NCBI GenBank assembly: GCA_041688005.1
Contig: JBDNJA010000228.1
Span: 1 to 60,666 of the forward strand
Direction: 5' to 3'
Length of the DNA stretch: 60,666 nt
From: Gammaproteobacteria bacterium
Lineage (GTDB): Bacteria > Pseudomonadota > Gammaproteobacteria > GCA-001735895
Numbering within the stretch: position 1 is the stretch's first letter; each line of letters begins with the position of its first letter. Positions 10,382-18,428 of this stretch are shown one piece after another. The notes beneath the pieces are model-generated. The model was not told the DNA's origin. It made no database searches and was given only the letters and a program-made list of their open reading frames with translations. The position numbers and the translations under genes are program-made.

Positions 10382-10550
10382 CAGATATGATTACAAAATC
10401 ATGAGTAAAGGTGGAGACTGGTGATCGCCAAGCGTTATCAATATGGCTAGACCTTAATTGATTGTAATGGTTTAATAAACCTGAAGGTATGAGGTCTCGT
10501 TAATGTAACTGTAAACCATCCCTGTCCCACCGCAGGTAGAGTCGCTCAGG

Positions 10551-12269
10551 CTAGCGCCTTTGAGCATGCGCTATCATTAGCAATATTTGCTGAAACACGG
10601 TGTTACTCAAGGATTCGCTTAAGTCTATTGCGAGGCTGTGGCGATAGTAGGGGGTAAGGCTCAACCCGACACCCAGCCCGTAGATTTCGATATTAGATTC
10701 AGCTTCATTTCGTTCGACGGTCTGCTTTAAATGGTTATCGAGATAATACTCGTCATTCGCCTGATGGGTAGCCGCATCCATTGGGCTGCCATCGGAGATG
10801 ACGATTAATATTTTGCGTTGTTCACCATGCTTACGCATGCGCTGGCATGCCCAGTCAACCGCTTCGCCATCGACACCTTCACGAAAATAAGGTGATTTTA
10901 AAAGGGCTGCGATATCACGCCGCGATTTACGCCAACCGGTATTAGCATTTTTAAAGATAAAATGACTTCGTTCGGCTAGGCGCCCGGGATTTTTCGGGCG
11001 GCCTTGTGCTATCCAGTCTTTTAATGCACGGCCACCGTTCCATTTGCCGGTGGTGAAACCGAGTATCTCACTGGAAATTTCAGCCTGATCGAGCGCTCGT
11101 CCAAAGATATCGACCATCATCGCGATTGATTCGATATATTGTTTCATCGATCCAGAGCAGTCGATTAAGAAAGAAACAAGGCAATCGTTTTTTAATCGAT
11201 AGCGGTCTTTACGGAAGATGCGTCGCTCGGATGGCGATGAAATGACCTGCGATAAACGTCGACCATCTATCACGCCTTCTTCTTCTCCAAACTGCCAACC
11301 GTCACGGCCTGGTTGGGCTAGGAGGTCGGAAATCTGTCGAGCTAGTCTGGGGATATTGATACCCTGAGCCTTTATCATAAGGTCGAGCTGATCACGAAAC
11401 TCGATGATTTCGACATCACGAATTTTTGAAGATGCTTTGTATTCCTGGTCGTATGCTTCGGTAAATACTCGATAGCCAGTCGGGTTGTCGGATAAAACGT
11501 TGCTGGTGCCGGTGGTGATTGAAGCGATGTTGGCATCTTCAGTTTCATCTGAAAAATCGGTAGACAGGGCAATTCGGCTGAGTGCTTTTTCGGTGTCTTC
11601 TTGTTCGGCCAGATTTAACGCTCGTTCCTTGTCACCTACATGTAACGATTCATCAATCAGTTTTGCAATCGATAATGCATGTACGGCATAAGCCGATTGA
11701 TTGTGTCGATTTTTACGCAAGCCGAGTAAATCGCTGCCAATGACTGGCGACAGGCTAGCGCGTGTCGATTCGATCACGTCGTCGATTTCTTCTAAAGTAG
11801 GAAGACCAGTTAAACGTGACCAGGTCGCTTGTGCGACGGTGAAAATGAGCAATCCTAAGTGTGTTTCGGTATAGTCTTCATAATGGAATTTAAGGCTCCA
11901 TTGTTGGAAACGATAAAGTAGGTTTTCCTTAACGCCAGGGTGCTGGTCGGACACTTGTGATTCGACGCGTAATTGCTCGAGCATGTCGAATATTAACCGC
12001 GCAATAGGCGAGGGCGGACAGAGTGATTGATGCAGTTGCTCGTCACTATGTTGCAACCGCAGCGCAATACTGTCTGCGATACCGCGATGCGAGCGGAAAT
12101 CCTGCTCGAGTACATCGGTTTGCAGATGAGGCGCGTTGGTATTGACCTTTTTGCCGTCAAGGAAAAGGGTCCTGCCTCGATGGCACAAACCTGGCAAGCC
12201 GGTCAGCGCTCGTATCGACGCGCCACATAGCTCTTCTACGTGTTGTTGCTGTTGGTGGTTAAATCTCAT
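10551..12269 (-). CDS. cobT: CobT-like von Willebrand factor A domain protein
   Basis: The C-terminal vWA/MIDAS region (VSFLIDCSGSM ... ILIVISDGSPMD) and overall length match the CobT family. It sits directly downstream of the CobS-like ATPase. Confidence 0.8.
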   Translation of the reverse strand: MRFNHQQQQHVEELCGASIRALTGLPGLCHRGRTLFLDGKKVNTNAPHLQTDVLEQDFRSHRGIADSIALRLQHSDEQLHQSLCPPSPIARLIFDMLEQLRVESQVSDQHPGVKENLLYRFQQWSLKFHYEDYTETHLGLLIFTVAQATWSRLTGLPTLEEIDDVIESTRASLSPVIGSDLLGLRKNRHNQSAYAVHALSIAKLIDESLHVGDKERALNLAEQEDTEKALSRIALSTDFSDETEDANIASITTGTSNVLSDNPTGYRVFTEAYDQEYKASSKIRDVEIIEFRDQLDLMIKAQGINIPRLARQISDLLAQPGRDGWQFGEEEGVIDGRRLSQVISSPSERRIFRKDRYRLKNDCLVSFLIDCSGSMKQYIESIAMMVDIFGRALDQAEISSEILGFTTGKWNGGRALKDWIAQGRPKNPGRLAERSHFIFKNANTGWRKSRRDIAALLKSPYFREGVDGEAVDWACQRMRKHGEQRKILIVISDGSPMDAATHQANDEYYLDNHLKQTVERNEAESNIEIYGLGVGLSLTPYYRHSLAIDLSESLSNTVFQQILLMIAHAQRR

Positions 12270-12281
12270 AATGTTAGCTGA

Positions 12282-13262
12282 TTATACAACGCTGCTTTCA
12301 TGTAGATGCAGATAGGAGGCATCCAGCTCCTGGTTGAAGCAGCGCTGGAAATATTCAGCCACAATCGGGTGCTCGTCTTCTTCGCATTTGTTCAAAAACG
12401 ACAAGCGGAATGCCAATATGTGATCATTGAAAATAAGGCTGTTTTCGGCCCAGGAGATAACCGTACGTGGCGACATTAAAGTGGATAGGTCGCCGACTAC
12501 AAAACCCTCACGGGTGAGAGTTGCCATTGCCACCATCGACTTGAGTAATTTGGCATCTTCGAACTGTGGCACACGAGACTGTACGATGGCCATCTCTTCT
12601 TGTTCGGGTAGATAATTGAGCGTCGCGACAATATTCCAGCGATCGATTTGGCCGTGGTTGAGTAATTGCGTGCCATGATACAAACCGGTGGAATTGCCAA
12701 GGCCAACGGTATTGGCGGTGGCAAACAATCGGAAGAACGGGTGAGGAGTGATCACTCGGTTTTGATCGATGAGTGCAAACTTGCCGTCGCGCTCAAGCAG
12801 ACGTTGAATAACGAACATAACATCGGCACGACCGGCATCGTATTCATCAAAAATGAGCGCCATCGGACGTTGGATAGACCAGGGTACGATACCTTCCTGG
12901 AATTCAGTGATTTGCTGGCCGTCTCGAATCACGATGGTATCTTTACCGACCAAATCGAGTCGACTGATATGTCCATCGAGGTTGACGCGCATGCAAGGCC
13001 AGTTAAGGCGGGCTGCTATTTGTTCGATATGGGTCGATTTTCCGGTGCCATGTAATCCTTGCAACATTACCCGCCGGTTGTGAGTAAAGCCGGCTAGAAT
13101 CGCCAACGTGACTTCGGCGTTAAAGCGGTAAGCCGGATCGACATCGGGTACATAATCAACCTTGTCTGAAAACGCCTTTACTTGCATGTCGGAGTCAATG
13201 CCCAATACATCACGGACACTCAGTGAAACGTCGGGCTCGTTGAAGCTAGTCGTTGATTGCAT
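12282..13262 (-). CDS. cobS: CobS-like AAA+ (MoxR-class) ATPase
   Basis: Walker A GLHGTGKST and Walker B ALIFDEYD. FRLFATANT and the rest of the sequence are typical of CobS. It is paired with cobT at a 12-bp spacing. Confidence 0.85.
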   Translation of the reverse strand: MQSTTSFNEPDVSLSVRDVLGIDSDMQVKAFSDKVDYVPDVDPAYRFNAEVTLAILAGFTHNRRVMLQGLHGTGKSTHIEQIAARLNWPCMRVNLDGHISRLDLVGKDTIVIRDGQQITEFQEGIVPWSIQRPMALIFDEYDAGRADVMFVIQRLLERDGKFALIDQNRVITPHPFFRLFATANTVGLGNSTGLYHGTQLLNHGQIDRWNIVATLNYLPEQEEMAIVQSRVPQFEDAKLLKSMVAMATLTREGFVVGDLSTLMSPRTVISWAENSLIFNDHILAFRLSFLNKCEEDEHPIVAEYFQRCFNQELDASYLHLHESSVV

Positions 13263-13413
13263 GACTAATAAATTCCTGCTGAAAAGGGTAACAAAAGCCG
13301 CATATTATATCGTAACAATGAGGAGTTAATAAGTCCTCTTGTCACTGTGTATGGTGCCAGTTGGGAGCGGATGAAATATATTGCTATGAACTTGTTTACG
13401 CTAAAGTAGACTC

Positions 13414-13471
13414 GTTACCATTACCTACAAACGTTACCTATAAACATTACCTATAAACATTACCAATAAGC
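13414..13471. repeat. Four tandem copies of a 13-bp unit (ATTACCTAYAAAC) plus a partial copy
   Basis: TTACC recurs at 13421, 13434, 13447 and 13460 (13-bp period), and once more at 13415. The array ends 20 bp upstream of the CoA-transferase ATG, in the divergent cobS/CoA-transferase intergenic region. Confidence 0.85.
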
Positions 13472-13491
13472 TTTGAGCATGAGAAATTAAA

Positions 13492-14685
13492 ATGGATTCA
13501 TCAGGACCGTTATCCGGTTATAGAGTGATCGAACTCGGCCAGTTACTGGCCGGCCCATTTGCCGGATGTATGCTGGGATATTTTGGGGCAGAAGTGATCA
13601 AAATAGAACCGCCCAAGGGTGGTGACCCGATCCGTAACTGGCGTGAAGTCAAAGAAGGTACATCGCTTTGGTGGCATTCACTGGCGAGAAACAAAAAGTC
13701 AGTCACTATCGATTTAAAAACGCCCAAAGGTATCGAACTGGTTAAACATTTAATCGAAAGTGCCGATGTTGTGATTGAAAACTTCAGGCCCGGTGTCGTA
13801 GAAAAGTGGGGCATAGGGCCGGATGAGTTTAAGCAATCAAACCCTAGGTTGGTTTATGCTCGAATCTCGGGTTATGGCCAGACAGGGCCTTACTCTAGCA
13901 AGCCGGGCTTTGCCTCAGTTTGTGAAGGCATGAGCGGATTTAGGTATGTGAATGGTCATCCGAACCAGGCGCCAGTTCGGCCTAATCTGAGCATTGGCGA
14001 TACTATTTCGGGCATTCATGCGGCGCTGGGTATTTGCATTGCCTTACTAGAGCAAAAAAAAAGTGGCAGCGGTCAGGTAGTTGATGTTGCTCTATATGAG
14101 TCGATGTTTAACTTAATGGAAGCGGTAATTCCTGAATATGACGGCGCAGGCGTAATTCGCGAGCCATCTGGCAGCACGGTAACCGGCATTGTGCCGACCA
14201 ATACTTATCGCTGTCGGGACGGTAAATTTGTTGTCATTGGTGGCAACGGTGATTCGATATTTCAACGCTTAATGATAGCCGCTGGTTACCCAGACATGGC
14301 GAGTGATCCGGCGCTAGCCTCGAATCTAGGTCGAGTGGAACACGAGGCTGAGATAGACCTGGCATTATCCGGTTGGTGTGCACAAAATGATTCAGAATCA
14401 ATTTTAAATTCATTGAATGAGAGCAGAGTGCCAGGTGGTCCCATTTACAATGTCGAAGATATGATAAACGACGAGCACTTTAACGCTCGCGAACTGTTCG
14501 AGACGGTAGAAATTAACGGCCAGCCGCTAAAAATTCCTGCCATATTACCGAAGTTAAATAAAACACCTGGCGCTACGCGTTGGCCTGGCCCAACACTGGG
14601 TGAACACAATCAGCAGGTGTTGGGGGAATTGTTAGGGTTGTCGAGTGAAGCCATAGCTGAGCTATCGGAGAGTGGTGTCATTTGA
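13492..14685 (+). CDS. Family III CoA-transferase (CaiB/BaiF family)
   Basis: GPLSGYRVIELGQLLAGPFAGCMLGYFGAEVIKIEPPKGGDP and later blocks are typical of CaiB/BaiF/Frc-type CoA-transferases. Confidence 0.85.
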   Translation: MDSSGPLSGYRVIELGQLLAGPFAGCMLGYFGAEVIKIEPPKGGDPIRNWREVKEGTSLWWHSLARNKKSVTIDLKTPKGIELVKHLIESADVVIENFRPGVVEKWGIGPDEFKQSNPRLVYARISGYGQTGPYSSKPGFASVCEGMSGFRYVNGHPNQAPVRPNLSIGDTISGIHAALGICIALLEQKKSGSGQVVDVALYESMFNLMEAVIPEYDGAGVIREPSGSTVTGIVPTNTYRCRDGKFVVIGGNGDSIFQRLMIAAGYPDMASDPALASNLGRVEHEAEIDLALSGWCAQNDSESILNSLNESRVPGGPIYNVEDMINDEHFNARELFETVEINGQPLKIPAILPKLNKTPGATRWPGPTLGEHNQQVLGELLGLSSEAIAELSESGVI

Positions 14686-14786
14686 TTGAAGCAATTAATG
14701 CTCAAAGTCGTCAATAAGAATTAACTTCATCTAATCGTAATCCTCTCTGTCATACTTAAGGCTTACATTTTTGGCCATCGTTTTAA

Positions 14787-15773
14787 TTGTTCAGGGTACT
14801 CGTATTGAATATCGATCAAATATATTATCAGGGTCTAGTGCTAGACCGCGCAAGCGACCTGCGAAAGTCACCCGACTGGCTGGCCCAGCAATGGGGGCAT
14901 CCTGATTGCCAGATTATGCTATTACAAAATGACAAGAATCTAATGCACTGGGATCGCGATCAGGCACCGGTTGCTCTTTACCATTCACGTCAGGATATTA
15001 AAGCCTTAACGAATGATACTGACAAAGTAGTTTTCCTCGGATTGAATAAAACCACACCTTTGTTTGCAGCCGAAATCGAAACCAGTATCGAGGTATATTT
15101 TGAAGGGCAAGCAAATCTTAACCATGATGACCATCAATTTATCGATGTAAGAGAGCTAGGCTGCTTGTTGAATGCTCAAGATGCTGCGGTATTGGCCTAC
15201 GCTCGAGGTTTGCTTTTTTGGCATCGGAATAGTTTATTTTGTAGCCGCTGTGGCGCGCCAACGATTCAAAAGCAAGGCGGCCATGCGAAACACTGTAGCA
15301 ATGAAAGCTGCGGGCACTTAGCCTTTCCGCGAACTGACCCAGCCGTGATAATGCTCATCGAAGACTATTCTAATCCCGATCAACCACGTTGCTTATTGGG
15401 CAGGAATGCAAAATTTCCAAACCGAATGATGTCAACCTTAGCTGGATTTGTCGATCCATCCGAAAGTCTGGAAGAGACGGTGGCACGCGAAGCCTTCGAA
15501 GAGGCGGGTATAAGAGTCGGCAAAGTGATCTATCAGGCATCACAACCCTGGCCATTTCCATCATCGATTATGCTGGGCTTTCGAGCGCAGGCAACCACAA
15601 CTGACATTACGATTGATGGTGTCGAAATAGAAGAGGCAGGCTGGTTTACGGTTGAACAATTAAGGTCTTTTGGGGAGTGGGGTGATGATAACGACAATTA
15701 TTGCCTGCCACGTCGGGACTCGATTGCACGATACTTAATCGAGTCCTGGATACGTGATGTTACAAAAAAGTAA
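14787..15773 (+). CDS. nudC: NADH pyrophosphatase (Nudix hydrolase with zinc ribbon)
   Basis: Zinc ribbon CSRCGAPT...HAKHCSNESCGH followed by the Nudix box GFVDPSESLEETVAREAFEEAG. The N-terminal LDRASDLRKSPDWL block is typical of NudC. The exact start is uncertain (TTG at 14787 in the ORF track). Confidence 0.8.
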   Translation: MFRVLVLNIDQIYYQGLVLDRASDLRKSPDWLAQQWGHPDCQIMLLQNDKNLMHWDRDQAPVALYHSRQDIKALTNDTDKVVFLGLNKTTPLFAAEIETSIEVYFEGQANLNHDDHQFIDVRELGCLLNAQDAAVLAYARGLLFWHRNSLFCSRCGAPTIQKQGGHAKHCSNESCGHLAFPRTDPAVIMLIEDYSNPDQPRCLLGRNAKFPNRMMSTLAGFVDPSESLEETVAREAFEEAGIRVGKVIYQASQPWPFPSSIMLGFRAQATTTDITIDGVEIEEAGWFTVEQLRSFGEWGDDNDNYCLPRRDSIARYLIESWIRDVTKK

Positions 15774-15912
15774 CGAGGCGTTCAAATGAGCCCCATTACT
15801 TCCATGATGAGGCTAGCCACAAGATGATTGCTCATAAAAACCCTGGTTTTCGGCAGTTAAATGAAGTGCTTTGATCCTGGATGTAACTGGTTTGTTAAGT
15901 TACAGTTTGACG

Positions 15913-16272
15913 TTACCCGTGATATTCACGTCGTTTCATATTTAGCGCCTCAAGAGATATTAGTCCTGACTTTAAATTAACCAGATCGTCATGGGTTAAT
16001 CCGATGTCTCTCAATTTATGATGGCTAAACTGTAATAGATGAGCCATGTCTTTTTGACCTTGAACTCTCTCCTTATAAGCGGTTATCATTTCTTGAGCAA
16101 GGCTCGATATAGCGGTAAAACCATGCGGTAAGAACTTTAAGTGGCTGCCGTGCCTTTGAGCTACTGCAGCATTGTTATGATCTGTTTGATGAGCGCTATA
16201 GTCTGTTTGAACCATGTGGCTCCCGGTGGCACCATCAACTACGAATGCGATTGTAAAGTTTAGTAAATTCAT
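15913..16272 (-). CDS. DUF1127 domain protein
   Basis: The C-terminal LLQFSHHKLRDIGLTHDDL matches the DUF1127 signature (L..L.DIGL.R.D). It is divergent from the LysR regulator gene. Confidence 0.55.
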   Translation of the reverse strand: MNLLNFTIAFVVDGATGSHMVQTDYSAHQTDHNNAAVAQRHGSHLKFLPHGFTAISSLAQEMITAYKERVQGQKDMAHLLQFSHHKLRDIGLTHDDLVNLKSGLISLEALNMKRREYHG

Positions 16273-16383
16273 GTTAGAAATCCTCTCTATTCACGTTAGC
16301 GAATTTGTTGCTCGAATGAGAATATATGGCTAGTATAGGGTTAAAACAATCGATATAATTTCAATTATTGTTTAGATAAACTA

Positions 16384-17310
16384 ATGCATTCTGTAAGGTT
16401 ACCGCCACTCAATTCTCTCCGAGCTTTCGAAAGTTCTGGGCGTCATTTAAGCTTTAGTAAGGCGGCTGATGAACTCAATGTGACACCTGGTGCTATCAGC
16501 CAACAAATTCGGACTTTGGAAGAATTTCTCGATATTAAGCTGTTTAAGCGTCGAAATAGAACCATCGTTTTAACCGATGCAGGTCAACTCTGTTTGCCGC
16601 TAATAAGCGACGGTTTTGCCAGTCTCTCCGACGCTGTTCAGTCAGTACGTAAGTTAAGTGGTGATGGGCCGTTGACAATTTCGTCGGCGCCGACATTTGT
16701 ATCGAAGTGGTTGATTCCAAGGCTATGTAAATTTCATGCCTTATACCCAGACATTGATGTACGCATCGATGCCTCGACACGACTGGTTGATTTTGTATAC
16801 GACGATATTGATGTCGGCATCCGATTTGGAATCGAAAAATTTCCAGAGCTGGAATCTATTTTCCTCTATTCGTTTGACTTAATTCCGGTCTGTAGCCCAG
16901 GTCTGGTCAACCAGGGCACGGGGTTACGCCAGCTTTCTGACATTCGCCATCAAACGCTACTCCACGGTGAATTCGATGAGTTTGATCCTAGCTGGCCTGA
17001 TTGGACGATGTGGCTGGCGGCAGCCAGTGTTGAAGGTGTTGATGCGAGTCACGGCATATTCTTTAATCAAAATGAAATGATGATTGAAGCAGCGCTTGAA
17101 GGTCAGGGTATCGCTTTAGTTTCCAGTGTCGCAGCGGCTGGTGATATTGAAGCTGGGCGCCTGGTACAACCATTTGAAACCAGGTTGCCCGTTCGGTTGT
17201 CCTATCATTTTGTTACCAGCAAGCAAAAGTCAGCTAGCAAAAAGGTGGTCGCTTTTAGGCAATGGTTGTTAGGCGAAAGCGCCTATCTTCGCGACAACCA
17301 AACCACTTAA
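16384..17310 (+). CDS. LysR-family transcriptional regulator (GcvA-like)
   Basis: N-terminal HTH LNSLRAFESSGRHLSFSKAADELNVTPGAISQQIRTLEEFL followed by a LysR substrate-binding domain. Confidence 0.9.
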   Translation: MHSVRLPPLNSLRAFESSGRHLSFSKAADELNVTPGAISQQIRTLEEFLDIKLFKRRNRTIVLTDAGQLCLPLISDGFASLSDAVQSVRKLSGDGPLTISSAPTFVSKWLIPRLCKFHALYPDIDVRIDASTRLVDFVYDDIDVGIRFGIEKFPELESIFLYSFDLIPVCSPGLVNQGTGLRQLSDIRHQTLLHGEFDEFDPSWPDWTMWLAAASVEGVDASHGIFFNQNEMMIEAALEGQGIALVSSVAAAGDIEAGRLVQPFETRLPVRLSYHFVTSKQKSASKKVVAFRQWLLGESAYLRDNQTT

Positions 17311-17351
17311 TGATCACCAATTAATGATCACCAATTAATGAGAAAAATAGT

Positions 17352-17594
17352 ATGACCGAAGAATCAACCCGCACGCGCCCCCCATCGCGGCGCAAAAGAA
17401 AGCGTCCAGAAATAGATCATTCGGTGCCGTCACCTTGCGTGAGAGTGTGTCAGTTTAGTGGTAGCGATTTCTGTGATGGTTGCTATAGAAATATTGACGA
17501 AATACGCGAGTGGATGATTATGTCTCGCGAACAAAAACTTTTGATACTAGATAAAATTTCAGAGCGAAAGCCGGCAGCTAAAACAGGCTCTTAA
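17352..17594 (+). CDS. DUF1289 family protein (small Cys-rich protein)
   Basis: SPCVRVCQFSGSDFCDGCYRNIDEIREW matches the DUF1289 Cys pattern. Confidence 0.7.
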   Translation: MTEESTRTRPPSRRKRKRPEIDHSVPSPCVRVCQFSGSDFCDGCYRNIDEIREWMIMSREQKLLILDKISERKPAAKTGS

Positions 17595-17610
17595 AACAAA
17601 GGATAAGTAA

Positions 17611-18426
17611 ATGGAAGATGCAAATCATAAGATTGCGATGTTCATCGATGCCGACAATGCACCGGCAAAGAAAATTGAAAAAATACTTACCGAGTTAGCC
17701 AAGTACGGTGTGGTGAGTATCAGAAAAGCCTATGGCAACTGGAAAAGTCCGGCGATGAAAGGTTGGGAAGAAAACTTGCATGAGTATGCGATCCAACCGA
17801 TTCAACAGTTCGACCTGATTAAAGGTAAGAATGCCACGGATATGGCGATGACAATCGATGCGATGGATATTCTGTATACCAAAAATATTGATGCTTTTTG
17901 TATCGTGTCGTCTGATTGTGACTTCACGCCGTTGGTGATGCGTATTTTATCGGAAGGAAAAATTGTCTATGGATTTGGAGAACGCAAAGCCCCAGACCCA
18001 TTTGTAAATGCCTGCTCTCGCTTTCTCTATGTTGATGAAGAAAAGCCAGAGAAAGAAAAAAATGATAAGGAAAAAAGTGATAAAGAAAAGGTAAATCCTT
18101 CGAAGAAAATCTCAGCAAAAGGTTTGAAAGGTAATACCAAGTTAATCAACTTGCTTAGAGTTGCGATCGACAGTGATCAGGATGATGACGATTGGGCATC
18201 AGTGGCACGAGTCGGTTCGATCATTTCTAATCAAGCATCGATTGATGCGCGTAACTATGGTTACAAAAAGCTGAGTGACTTGATAAAGGCTATCGATTTA
18301 TTCGAAACCAAAGTGCTCAAAAATGGACAGATGGTGGTTCGTGATAAGCGCGGAATTAGTCAGTCTAGTCCTAATCAGCCTAGCGCTAGTGAGACTGACA
18401 ACAAAACTGAGTCAGCTGAATTTTAA
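17611..18426 (+). CDS. NYN (LabA-like) domain protein with C-terminal OST-HTH/LOTUS domain
   Basis: IAMFIDADNA...RKAYGNW...SSDCDF are the acidic NYN/PIN-like motifs. A low-complexity KE-rich linker is followed by a C-terminal LOTUS-like region (WASVARVGSIISN...YGYKKLSDLI). Confidence 0.75.
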   Translation: MEDANHKIAMFIDADNAPAKKIEKILTELAKYGVVSIRKAYGNWKSPAMKGWEENLHEYAIQPIQQFDLIKGKNATDMAMTIDAMDILYTKNIDAFCIVSSDCDFTPLVMRILSEGKIVYGFGERKAPDPFVNACSRFLYVDEEKPEKEKNDKEKSDKEKVNPSKKISAKGLKGNTKLINLLRVAIDSDQDDDDWASVARVGSIISNQASIDARNYGYKKLSDLIKAIDLFETKVLKNGQMVVRDKRGISQSSPNQPSASETDNKTESAEF

Positions 18427-18428
18427 AC

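Noticed and set aside
12666-13055. Long antisense or alternative-frame ORFs inside strong genes: 12666-13055 in cobS, 23161-23553 in the helicase, 29601-30017 in the adaptor, 39021-39482 in livM, 55853-56272 in rnhB and 57028-57444 in dnaE.
   Set aside because: Each overlaps a confidently assigned gene in another frame or strand, and none has identifiable domains. I regard them as shadow ORFs.
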